This document shows positions 9,524 to 17,856 of a DNA stretch of 33,784 nucleotides, piece by piece. Origin of the DNA: an uncultured Clostridia bacterium (GTDB taxonomy: Bacteria; CAYTYR01; UBA6262). A model generated the notes under the pieces. That model was not told the DNA's origin, did no database searches, and worked only from the letters and a program-made list of their open reading frames with translations. The DNA lies in assembly GCA_964441745.1 (NCBI GenBank), contig CAYTYR010000019.1, positions 1 to 33,784 of the forward strand, written 5' to 3'. Position numbers and translations under genes: made by a program. Position 1 is the stretch's first letter, and each line of letters begins with the position of its first letter.

Positions 9524-9565
9524 GAGATTTGCCGTAGTTAAAAAATATTCAGTTGAGTTTTTGTC

Positions 9566-9706
9566 TCGGGGCCCGCCACCAGAGCTTTGGCGGGCACGCG
9601 CCCGAAAAGAGTCTCAGTTTCTGATCCGCCGATCCTTTTGGCGGAGAACCGGGAACCTCACGGACCCGAACCGTGCGTCCGCCCAGCAATATTGGCGGAC
9701 TACGCC
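9566..9706 (-). pseudogene. Degenerate tandem copy of tRNA-Pro(CGG) interrupted by hairpin insertions
   Basis: Colinear exact tRNA blocks at 9700-9706, 9646-9677 (32 bp, identical to 9747-9778), 9609-9613, 9599-9604 and 9566-9571. They are separated by three palindromic segments and one 4-nt insert. Confidence 0.8.
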
Positions 9707-9729
9707 TCATAAGTACTTAAGTATTTATA

Positions 9730-9803
9730 TCGGGGCGCCCGGAGTCGAACCGGGAACCTCACGGACCCGAACCGTGCGCGCTAGCCAATTGCGCTACGCC
9801 CCG
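9730..9803 (-). tRNA. tRNA-Pro(CGG), CCA not encoded
   Basis: CGGGGCGTAGCGCAATTGGCTAGCGCGCACGGTTCGGGTCCGTGAGGTTCCCGGTTCGACTCCGGGCGCCCCGA. Confidence 0.97.
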
Positions 9804-9818
9804 GTATAAATACTTAAA

Positions 9819-10322
9819 TCATCCTCCAACAAACCCTTTAAATATACCAATAAATCCCAGACAAGTCAAGAGAACAATTACCCCTGCCCCTACTACCCCC
9901 AGAAATACGCTGGGTAACGCATGCCGGAATTTAATACCAAATAAATAGGCAGCGACACACCCGCTCCATGCTCCGGTCATAGGCAAAGGGATGGCTACAA
10001 AAATAGCTAATCCGATAGCTCCGTATTTCTCTACGGAGTCGCTATGCTTGCGGGTACGCGCAAAAAGCCAGGTAAAAAACCGGTTAAATATAGTCCAGCG
10101 CATCAGGAATTTGCTGGCTGAGTCCAGTAATAGTAATGTGGGTATAATAATTATGCTGTTACCCAGCACCGAAAGCCAGAAAGCTTTGGCGTAAGAGAAA
10201 CCGAAAGACAAAGCCAGCGGGATTCCCCCTCTTAATTCACTGATCGGCAGCGCTGAAACGATCAAAACCACTGTTTCCTGCGAAAATGTACGTTTCAAAA
10301 ACTCAATGATCTGCGCGGTCAC
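9819..10322 (-). CDS. COG2426 / small multi-drug export family membrane protein
   Basis: SALPISELRGGIP, GLAIFVAIPLPMTGAWSG and several hydrophobic helices. Confidence 0.9.
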   Translation of the reverse strand: MTAQIIEFLKRTFSQETVVLIVSALPISELRGGIPLALSFGFSYAKAFWLSVLGNSIIIIPTLLLLDSASKFLMRWTIFNRFFTWLFARTRKHSDSVEKYGAIGLAIFVAIPLPMTGAWSGCVAAYLFGIKFRHALPSVFLGVVGAGVIVLLTCLGFIGIFKGFVGG

Positions 10323-10991
10323 TTATTCTCCTTTTTCATCGTTCCAGCCGAAGGCCCCGATTAAAGGCACAAAAACGACTTTCCCGTAATTAAATATTTT
10401 TAGTTCCCCTTTATGTTTTTCCCCTACTACCAGGTCCTGCCCGAAATTTGATCCCAGGGGAATGACAATTTTTCCGTTTTCCTTAAGCTGGTCGAGCAAA
10501 GGCTGGGGAATGTTCGGCGCGCTGGCCGTGACTATGATGCGATCATACGGAGCTTGTTCCTGCCATCCTTTACTGCCGTCGCCAACATGCAATTGGATAT
10601 TTTTATATCCTAATTCCTGCAATATTTGCCCGGCGGCCTGGCTGAGTTCAGGTAATCGTTCTACGCTGTGCACTCTATCCGCCAGTTCTGCCAGGATAGC
10701 CGTCTGGTAGCCGCTGCCGGTACCGATCTCCAGGACTTTCCCGTTATCATACACTTCCAGCAATTCAGTCATCAGCGCTACGATATATGGCTGGGAGATC
10801 GTCTGTCCCCGGGTCAACGGCAAAGGGTGGTCATTGTAAGCTTCATTCAATAATTTACCGTCCAGGAATTTATGCCGCGGTACTTTTCGGAAGGCATCTA
10901 TTACCTGCTGGTTTTTAATACCCCTTGCTACGATCTGTTTACGCACCATCTTTTCGCGCAAGGCGACATATAGGTCAAATTCTGCGCTCAA
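10323..10991 (-). CDS. pcm: Protein-L-isoaspartate O-methyltransferase
   Basis: VPRHKF, GQTISQPYIVA, VLEIGTGSGYQTA, GDGSKGW..APYDRI and FVPLIG. Confidence 0.97.
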   Translation of the reverse strand: MSAEFDLYVALREKMVRKQIVARGIKNQQVIDAFRKVPRHKFLDGKLLNEAYNDHPLPLTRGQTISQPYIVALMTELLEVYDNGKVLEIGTGSGYQTAILAELADRVHSVERLPELSQAAGQILQELGYKNIQLHVGDGSKGWQEQAPYDRIIVTASAPNIPQPLLDQLKENGKIVIPLGSNFGQDLVVGEKHKGELKIFNYGKVVFVPLIGAFGWNDEKGE

Positions 10992-10995
10992 GGTT

Positions 10996-11526
10996 TTACC
11001 TCACTGTAAATAATCTCACCAGATGGATAATAATAGTTTTAATTCCGCCGAAACCTAAAGCCAGGACTAAGCAGCTGATCAAACTGCCGGCTGCCAGTAA
11101 CATATAGCTTTGTTTTTTATCTATTTTCAGCAGGTGTGCCAGCAGTACTCCGGTCCACATTCCGCCGCCTAAAGAAGGCATGGCTGATACCAATACCACT
11201 CCCCATCGTCCAAACTTTTGCGCCCTTTTCAGGACCATTGCCTGCAAATTGCGTTCTTCCCTGAAGATCATTTGCTTTTTATATCTTCTCAGGTTCCAGC
11301 GTTTTCGCCATAAGCGCCAGCGGACAGTGATGAATTTGATCTTTTGCGGTTTTTCATAAATATAATAAAATAATGGTACCTGGGCTATATCCATAACAAA
11401 AATAAAAAGGACTGCGATGTACCACTTTACGAACATAGCCACGGCTATCGGAATAGAGATCAGCCGGCTGGCAACAATATGGGTAATGATCAAGGCCAAA
11501 GTTTTAAGGATGAATTTATGGATCAC
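10996..11526 (-). CDS. Divergent COG2426-like small multi-drug export membrane protein
   Basis: Hydrophobic helices and KFGRWGVVLVSAMPSLGGGMWTG, which resembles the COG2426 C-terminal motif. Confidence 0.65.
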   Translation of the reverse strand: MIHKFILKTLALIITHIVASRLISIPIAVAMFVKWYIAVLFIFVMDIAQVPLFYYIYEKPQKIKFITVRWRLWRKRWNLRRYKKQMIFREERNLQAMVLKRAQKFGRWGVVLVSAMPSLGGGMWTGVLLAHLLKIDKKQSYMLLAAGSLISCLVLALGFGGIKTIIIHLVRLFTVR

Positions 11527-11541
11527 TCTTATCTCCTTATG

Positions 11542-12411
11542 CTAACTTTGTTCAGGCCATATCCGTGTAAAGATTAGCCACTGCTCAGGGTGCGAACGAA
11601 CTTGCTTTTCCAAAATGGCAGCATAAGACTGGGTAATACTTTTTATTTGTTCATCTTCTGAAGCTTGTTTATCCCACGATAAAGGTTCTGCGCAACCTAT
11701 ACTAAACTTATTATTGCCTTCCCTGACACAAAAACTAGGCAGGATCGACACCTGGGTTTTGACCGCAATCTCTGCTGGACCGCAGGGAAACCTGGTTAAT
11801 CGCCCGAAAAACAGGACTTCTATCCCGTTGCTGTCTCCTCCTACACCCCAATCCCCTGCCATCGTCAAAATTTCGCCTTTTTTAAGGCCTTTAAAAGCAC
11901 TTTTAAGACCCATACCTAAGGATACTAACCTCGTCTGGCGGTACGAACGGCTATTAATGAAAAGGTCATTTATCCTTTTGTCAATATGCGGCTGGTAGAT
12001 CAGGTTGTTGACAAAACCCAGCGCATCAAGAGCAAAAGCGGCAATTTCCCAATTTCCCAAATGAGCTGAGACAATAATGAACGGCTGCCGGTCACGGGAG
12101 AAACGGTTAAACATTTCAACTGTGTTTGGCGCCATTAATGTTTTAGCCTGGTCCAGGTCTATGGAATTGATCGAAAAAAATTCAAAGAGATACAGATAAA
12201 AATTAATAAATACAGCACGGGCTTTTTGCACCCTATCCCGCTCGCTTATGCCCGGCGGTAATATAGGCTTGAGATTAGCTAACACATTTTCCCGCTGCTG
12301 CCGGCTGAACAGGTACGCGCAATATCCCAGTATCCGGCCCAAGCCACGAGTGCAGCCGGGCGGACAATGTCTTGCTAAAAATCTTAGAAAAAGATAGATC
12401 CAGTACATCAT
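11542..12411 (-). CDS. Lipid A lauroyl-type / lysophospholipid acyltransferase family protein
   Basis: SAHLGNWE, VLFFGRLTRFPCGPA and HPEQWLIF motifs. Confidence 0.88.
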   Translation of the reverse strand: MMYWIYLFLRFLARHCPPGCTRGLGRILGYCAYLFSRQQRENVLANLKPILPPGISERDRVQKARAVFINFYLYLFEFFSINSIDLDQAKTLMAPNTVEMFNRFSRDRQPFIIVSAHLGNWEIAAFALDALGFVNNLIYQPHIDKRINDLFINSRSYRQTRLVSLGMGLKSAFKGLKKGEILTMAGDWGVGGDSNGIEVLFFGRLTRFPCGPAEIAVKTQVSILPSFCVREGNNKFSIGCAEPLSWDKQASEDEQIKSITQSYAAILEKQVRSHPEQWLIFTRIWPEQS

Positions 12412-13532
12412 TGGTTCAACAGTTCCAATATAGCGTTTGCCGCCATCAGCGAGGCATTAGGCTTGGCGATCTTTCCAGCGTTCTCTTGCATGGTTTCCAG
12501 TTTTTCAGGATGGCGGATCAGGTATTCAATAGTTTGTTGCAGGTTAGTGATATCGTCCATCCTGATCGCGACATTATGCCGGCACAAAACCTGGCTGTTT
12601 TTTTCTTCCTGCCCGGGAATCGGGTTAATAATGATCATGGGCAAGTTTTTAGCCAGTGCTTCCGAGGAGGTCATTCCTCCCGGCTTAGTAATGATCAGGT
12701 CGCAGGCATCCATGATCTTGTCAATATTTTTAGTGTACCCCATGATCCGTATAGTGGAACCAAAATGGAAAGTTTTGCGTTTTATTTTCCGTCTGAGTTT
12801 CCGGTTGGTGCCGCAGATAACAATGGTCTGGATTGGCATCCGCACTTTGGATAACTGGCTAATGACTTTGTCCATCGGGCCCAATCCCTGGCTTCCACCC
12901 ATGACGAGAATAGTCGGCAGCCACGGGTTAAGTTTCATCCTTTGCTTGGCCGAAGTTTTATCCTGGTTGATGGCGAATTTCGGGTCGATGGGAATGCCCA
13001 GTACTTTTATTTTTCGTTCCTGTATCCCCAACTGGACCAGGTCCTGCTTGGTCTGGCCCGTAGGGACCACAAACAGGTCTGTAAACGGGGCATACCAGTA
13101 GGCATGAGCCCGGTAATCAGTAACGACAGCGACGAGCGGTTTGCGCCAGCCGGTTTGCTCTTTATAGGCAGAAATGAGCAAACATGGCGCAGCCTGGGTA
13201 CAGACGACAACATCAGGATTATAATAATCCAGTAGTTTTTCAATTTTTCTCAATTTTAACTTGCCCAGCATATTACGGAGGGTTGCCGTAGCTTGCACAA
13301 TATCCGGATTATCATAGAGATAATCCCATAATTGCGGAGTCCGTTTAATGATACCGGAATAGGTCTTGGAGAGGACCGTGCTCAAGATCGGGTATGTATA
13401 GCGCAGGGAGTCAATGGCTTCAGTATAGATACGTGGATTGATGTTACTGACCGCTTCCTGCAGTGCCTTAGCCGCAGCTTCGTGGCCAGTGCCGGGATGA
13501 ATATATAAAAAAAGTATCTTTTTCGGAACCAA
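12408..13532 (-). CDS. MGDG synthase / UgtP-like diacylglycerol glycosyltransferase (GT28)
   Basis: GTGHEAAAKAL, VVTDY, GIPI, ILVMGGSQG, ITKPGGMTSSEA and PIPGQEEKN. Confidence 0.92.
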   Translation of the reverse strand: MVPKKILFLYIHPGTGHEAAAKALQEAVSNINPRIYTEAIDSLRYTYPILSTVLSKTYSGIIKRTPQLWDYLYDNPDIVQATATLRNMLGKLKLRKIEKLLDYYNPDVVVCTQAAPCLLISAYKEQTGWRKPLVAVVTDYRAHAYWYAPFTDLFVVPTGQTKQDLVQLGIQERKIKVLGIPIDPKFAINQDKTSAKQRMKLNPWLPTILVMGGSQGLGPMDKVISQLSKVRMPIQTIVICGTNRKLRRKIKRKTFHFGSTIRIMGYTKNIDKIMDACDLIITKPGGMTSSEALAKNLPMIIINPIPGQEEKNSQVLCRHNVAIRMDDITNLQQTIEYLIRHPEKLETMQENAGKIAKPNASLMAANAILELLNQ

Positions 13533-13566
13533 TAGTTACCTTCCTGTTTGGTCAACAGCTTAAAAA

Positions 13567-13642
13567 TCGGGGTGGTCCGATGTCCATCGGACGGTCTCTC
13601 GCACGCGAACATCCGCCCAGCAATATTGGCGGACTACACCCC
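13567..13642 (-). pseudogene. Degenerate tandem copy of tRNA-Pro(GGG), with D- and T-arms replaced by hairpins and the anticodon deleted
   Basis: GGGGTGTAG-[TCCGCCAATATTGCTGGGCGGA]-TGTTCGC-(TTGGG missing)-GTGCGAGAG-[ACCGTCCGATGGACATCGGAC]-CACCCCGA. Confidence 0.8.
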
Positions 13643-13677
13643 TGCCAATTATATTAATGATTTGAGGATTTTTTAAA

Positions 13678-13751
13678 TCGGGGTGCCCGGATTCGAACCG
13701 GGGACCTCTCGCACCCCAAGCGAACGCGCTAGCCATCTGCGCTACACCCCG
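13678..13751 (-). tRNA. tRNA-Pro(GGG), CCA not encoded
   Basis: CGGGGTGTAGCGCAGATGGCTAGCGCGTTCGCTTGGGGTGCGAGAGGTCCCCGGTTCGAATCCGGGCACCCCGA. Confidence 0.97.
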
Positions 13752-13779
13752 TTTTCAAAAATCCTCAAAATAACTCTTC

Positions 13780-14115
13780 CTATTTCTCCAACGCTGTTAT
13801 TATACTGCGCAAATCACGCTTTAATTCCTTGGTAAATTTATGCCAATCAACTTTGCTGGCTGATTGTTTCTTTTCCTTGGTTTCTTCCAGCAATTTCTTC
13901 TTTGCGCCAGCGATGGAATACTTTTTCTGGTGCAATAATTCTTTCACATAGAGGATCTTTTCAATATCCTCTTTCTGGTAAAGCCGGTGTCCCCCGTCGC
14001 CCTTAATAGGACGGATCAGGCTGAACTCCTTCTCCCAATAACGCAGGACATAAGGTTTCACTCCAGTGATATTGGCGGCTTGCCCTATAGAATATAGTTT
14101 GTCTTCCACTTTCAT
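13780..14115 (-). CDS. MerR-family HTH transcriptional regulator
   Basis: YSIGQAANITGVKPYVLRYWEKEF..GHRLY..YSIAGAKK. This subfamily commonly lies just upstream of tRNA-Pro(GGG). Confidence 0.93.
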   Translation of the reverse strand: MKVEDKLYSIGQAANITGVKPYVLRYWEKEFSLIRPIKGDGGHRLYQKEDIEKILYVKELLHQKKYSIAGAKKKLLEETKEKKQSASKVDWHKFTKELKRDLRSIITALEK

Positions 14116-14141
14116 GTTAGCCTCAAGCTTTTAAGATTTTT

Positions 14142-14465
14142 GGCTCATCTCCCTATCGAGTGGGTAAAAAGAGAGCCTGTTTCTTCAAAAACGCTTGAAA
14201 TATCAAGGAAATTATGTGTTTAAGCTTGTTCTTTAAAATAGTGTAAACGCTTTATGTAAAAACAACGTTTGATTGATACCTATCTGGTTTAAGGTTTTGT
14301 TCCAGAGCAGGAAGCCCAGAAAGTAGTTAATGATGCCCGAGTCATTTGGCTAAAGAGCCTATGGATTGAAAAAAAAGAGTACTTACGTTTGAAAGTTTTA
14401 ACCCGTATATTGATAGAAAATGGTTAATTCCTATTGCTTTTACCCACTCACTTTGGAGAAGACCC
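14142..14465. mobile_element. 324-bp non-autonomous MITE with 28-bp imperfect TIRs and an 8-bp target-site duplication
   Basis: Left TIR ggctcatctccctatcgagtgggtaaaa (14142-14169). Right TIR reverse complement gggtcttctccaaagtgagtgggtaaaa (14438-14465). Flanked by agattttt at 14134-14141 and 14466-14473. No long ORF inside. Confidence 0.85.
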
Positions 14466-14475
14466 AGATTTTTAT

Positions 14476-14504
14476 ATGTTATCATAAGAAATGCATAATG
14501 TCAA
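14476..14504 (-). promoter_or_regulatory. Predicted promoter of the merR-tRNA-Pro unit
   Basis: TTGACA (14504-14499), 17-bp spacer ending in TGn, then TAACAT (14481-14476). Confidence 0.55.
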
Positions 14505-14517
14505 CTGGAATGCCTCA

Positions 14518-16254
14518 CCCCGAGAATCGGGATTGGTTTCAGGCTTGGCTAAAATCAGCCTGGAAAGCTGAAAAAAGTTGACTATGAGTACTGCCGGTCA
14601 GTCAAACAATGAAGCGGCGGGCTGTTATTCCGGATTTTGTGGAAACTACCCGCAGAAATCCAGATGTTCTGCCGCGCCTCTCCGCTCAACCGCCTTGCTG
14701 CCGTCTTATCTCTGTTACTAATCTGCCGTCGTGACTTTTCTATTCGTTACGGTAAACCTGACCCTAATTCCCAACAGCGTTGCCGCGCTTCTACATATAG
14801 ATTAAATGTTTCCCGTAGAGTACTGCAGACCCGGAGAATAGTCTGCCGCGAACGAATCATTACTTTACCCGCCATTCGTATAAACTCATACCGGATCGTC
14901 CTGATCGTCTTCTTACGCCAACTTTGGGGAAATAAAAAGATCTTCGAGGCAATGAATAAATTGTAGGCCAGTATCACCAGGCCAAACCAGACGGAATTAC
15001 CGTTGAAATCACCGCACGGCACATGCTTAAGACTAAATCCCAGTTTCAACTCTTTGTTGTAATTCTCACTGTTGCTGCGCCCATTGTGCCAGCGGATTAT
15101 TTCCACCGCGTTCTTTTCTTCGGCCAGATAGTTAGTCGCTATCCCGTGATAACAATACGTCTCCGTCTCTTTAAATAAATCCGGCTGCCGATTCAGCCAC
15201 CTCTGCACGATGATCCGAAAAGAATGATCTGTTTTGTTCGTGCTGTGCACAAATTCCGCATATTCCCGATCACTGCCGGCAAAGCCTTCTTCTCGGCTTA
15301 TCTTCTGCCACTCTACCTCTTTAATGTTTCTGATCCCTGCTTTTACCGCTGCGTCTTGATCCGCCGTGATACAATAATATGATCCTTGTCCCCGCACATA
15401 ATTCATTAACTGGCTATTATATCCCGCCGAATCACTGCGGAAATCTTTTATCCGTTTACCCAGTCGACTAACTCTCTCATATATTCTCCTGGTAAAGCCA
15501 TAATTGTCTGTCGCCGGCGAGACATTTCCTTCCCGAAACTCATACCCAATACAACAGCCTAGCTCAGGGATAAATCCCGCCAGCGGCATATACCCGCGAT
15601 TCCCCTGGTAATTCCACTGCGCTCCTTCTTTTTCCCCGATCACTTCAAAGGCGTCTATATCCAACGTCAGCTCTTTTTCCGTCCGCTTGATCATCTTCTC
15701 GTTGAGATGATCATTAACCTTGTTTAACAACTCTACCTTGCGCTCGCTGTCTCGTTTCAGCCATTCTCCTACCGCAGCCGGTGAAGGTACTTCCTCTATC
15801 TGGCCAATCTTCCTCATCCCCTGGTCACAACCTATCCGCCGGATATCCTCTATGTGCTCTCCTCCGTCTATTAGCGTTAATACCACCGGATAGATATGCC
15901 AGTGCGCTTCATACCCATTCCCTGACCCAGGCGCAGGAAACATCCTCCGGACATCATCATACACCCCGCTGCTTTTGTACAACTCCCCATACACCCCTAA
16001 CCCAGCTCTCCCAGTTACTGTTTCTTTTTCGCTAAATTCTAACTTGAATCTTGTCTCTTTTTGTGGCCTACTATCTTCACCTCGCTTTTGGGTGTTTGTT
16101 CGTCACAAACATTATACCATTAGCGAGGCCTTTTTTTACCCTTTTCCCTCTGCCCTTCTTGCCCTATCCAGATCTTCTTCCTCTTTCATCATTTTGATGA
16201 AGTATTTTCACCCGTTTGTCGTCTATTACTGTTTCTTAATCCCGATTTTAGAGG
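14518..16254 (-). mobile_element. IS1380-family insertion sequence (about 1.74 kb)
   Basis: Candidate TIRs ccccgagaatcgggatt (14518-14534) and reverse complement cctctaaaatcgggatt (16238-16254) match 14/17 and enclose the transposase. No target duplication is visible. Confidence 0.7.
14747..15994 (-). CDS. IS1380-family DDE transposase; the true N-terminus probably extends to about 16069
   Basis: TLDIDA, NYQGNRGYMPL, FREGNVSP, RSDSAGY, RSNSENYNKELK, LAYNL and TIRYEFIRMAGKV. Confidence 0.9.
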   Translation of the reverse strand: MYGELYKSSGVYDDVRRMFPAPGSGNGYEAHWHIYPVVLTLIDGGEHIEDIRRIGCDQGMRKIGQIEEVPSPAAVGEWLKRDSERKVELLNKVNDHLNEKMIKRTEKELTLDIDAFEVIGEKEGAQWNYQGNRGYMPLAGFIPELGCCIGYEFREGNVSPATDNYGFTRRIYERVSRLGKRIKDFRSDSAGYNSQLMNYVRGQGSYYCITADQDAAVKAGIRNIKEVEWQKISREEGFAGSDREYAEFVHSTNKTDHSFRIIVQRWLNRQPDLFKETETYCYHGIATNYLAEEKNAVEIIRWHNGRSNSENYNKELKLGFSLKHVPCGDFNGNSVWFGLVILAYNLFIASKIFLFPQSWRKKTIRTIRYEFIRMAGKVMIRSRQTILRVCSTLRETFNLYVEARQRCWELGSGLP

Positions 16255-16317
16255 TATTATCTAACTACGTCCCCTATTACCATTACCCTATTACCTCAAA
16301 CGATTTAATAAAATATT

Positions 16318-17856
16318 CTAATATAAGGCCAGGTCGTTAGTCCAGGCTCTGGTCCCGGCAGATAATATTTTATTGGCATATAAATTGTTGGTGGCGTTCG
16401 CACGGTTGTCCATCCAAATGGCAAACAAACCGCCGCTGCCGTCAGTTGCTACAGCAGCTCTGCTTTGATCCAGGAAATCGGCTCGGCAAAGTTGTATGCC
16501 GCCCTGGGTCCAATGATTTGTGTCAGTGGCGCTAAGCTTCACTCCCATGAGCCTGATATCATAACCACTGCCAGTATCATAACGGTCACGGAAAACAATA
16601 TATTTGTTATCTGAAGAATCTATGGATATCACTGGCAGTTCTTTTTGCAGGTACATTGCCCCGGTTACAGAGACCAGGACAGGACCTGAGATCCTGGCAC
16701 CGCTGGTATCGTATTTCTCGTATTGAACTGTGAAATTGGTATTATAGGCCGCACAGACACAACCAACAGAATCAACGGCTATCCTGGTATTGACTGCTGA
16801 TCCTATCCCTACAGACATTAATTGATCGCCATTGGCATCGATCCGGGCCATGGCCCCGTCACCGCTGGCAACATAAATATAGCTGCCATTGGCGGCAATA
16901 CAGGGATCATTACCCACGCCGCTGTATTTATCGCCCCAGAGCTTGGTGCCGCTGGTATCAAACTTGGACATATACGAGCCTGTGCCCTGAGGGCCATATC
17001 GCTGGTAAATCACATATATATTGTTACTGCTGTCAATAGCCAGGTCATGCAGGCACCATTCTGCTGAATAAGATGCTGAATCAGCTTGTTCGTCCCATAT
17101 AAAATTACCGTCACTATCAAACTTAAGCAATCGCAGGTCACCGGTACTGACGGCGTAAGATACAAATATATTACCACTGCTGTCACAGGTTACTTTCGGA
17201 TATTGGTCCCAGACTCCAGCCAATAATACTGACTGGTTTAATTTCTTGTCTCCCCATATCCTGGTTCCGCTGGTATTGTATTTGGCGCCATAAACATCGA
17301 TGGCCCCATTGCGGCTGTCTATCCAGACAATGACTATATTGCCTGAACTATCCCTGGCTATACTCATATCTTTTTGGCTATAACTGACAGAGCTGGCGGT
17401 AACGATCATGTTCACGCTTTGCTGTGTTGTCCCGTTTTTCCCGTCTGTAACAGTGCAGTAAATTGTATAGGAGCCGCTGGCAGCTGGGGCAGTCCAGGTG
17501 ATTTGTGAACCAGACCCTGTGATCGTACCACTGGCCGCGCTCCAGGTATAGGTCAGGGTGTCATTATCCTGATCCGCAGCGCTGCAAGTAATGGTTATAC
17601 CAGAACCTGTGGAAACACTGACAGAATCTGCCGTTAATGACGAAATTACCGGCGCATTATTAGGAGTAGCGCTTTCAACGCTTGCTTCCTGCTTTTTTAC
17701 TTTTTCGTCTTTTAGTTCCTGCCCCTTTGCTTTAATCGCCGAAGCAAGTCCGAAATGGAATCCGCCATAAGAATTAACTACGGAGAAGGATACTAATAAA
17801 CCTGAGAGCAATACTAAAGAAATGATCTGATAATACTTTTTCGTTTGACGGTTCAT
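16318..17856 (-). CDS. Secreted protein with an Ig-like (PKD-like) domain and about a 7-bladed beta-propeller
   Basis: N-terminal hydrophobic segment and NNAPVISSL..DQDNDTLTYTW..VTDGKNG Ig-like module. Seven repeats of the type IAxDSSGNIYV..KxDxSGxxxW follow. Confidence 0.75.
   Translation of the reverse strand: MNRQTKKYYQIISLVLLSGLLVSFSVVNSYGGFHFGLASAIKAKGQELKDEKVKKQEASVESATPNNAPVISSLTADSVSVSTGSGITITCSAADQDNDTLTYTWSAASGTITGSGSQITWTAPAASGSYTIYCTVTDGKNGTTQQSVNMIVTASSVSYSQKDMSIARDSSGNIVIVWIDSRNGAIDVYGAKYNTSGTRIWGDKKLNQSVLLAGVWDQYPKVTCDSSGNIFVSYAVSTGDLRLLKFDSDGNFIWDEQADSASYSAEWCLHDLAIDSSNNIYVIYQRYGPQGTGSYMSKFDTSGTKLWGDKYSGVGNDPCIAANGSYIYVASGDGAMARIDANGDQLMSVGIGSAVNTRIAVDSVGCVCAAYNTNFTVQYEKYDTSGARISGPVLVSVTGAMYLQKELPVISIDSSDNKYIVFRDRYDTGSGYDIRLMGVKLSATDTNHWTQGGIQLCRADFLDQSRAAVATDGSGGLFAIWMDNRANATNNLYANKILSAGTRAWTNDLALY

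Noticed and set aside
9572-9703. CRISPR-like array of hairpins
   Set aside because: The repeats differ in loop sequence, spacing is irregular, the intervening sequence is tRNA-derived, and no cas genes are present.
9566-9706. Intron-containing functional tRNA
   Set aside because: The D-arm is replaced rather than interrupted, and the inserts are far too short for group I or II introns.
9566-13751. tRNA copies as attL/attR of an integrated island
   Set aside because: Each copy is adjacent to its own tRNA, includes 5' tRNA sequence and matches a different isoacceptor. There is no integrase, and the genes between look like housekeeping genes.
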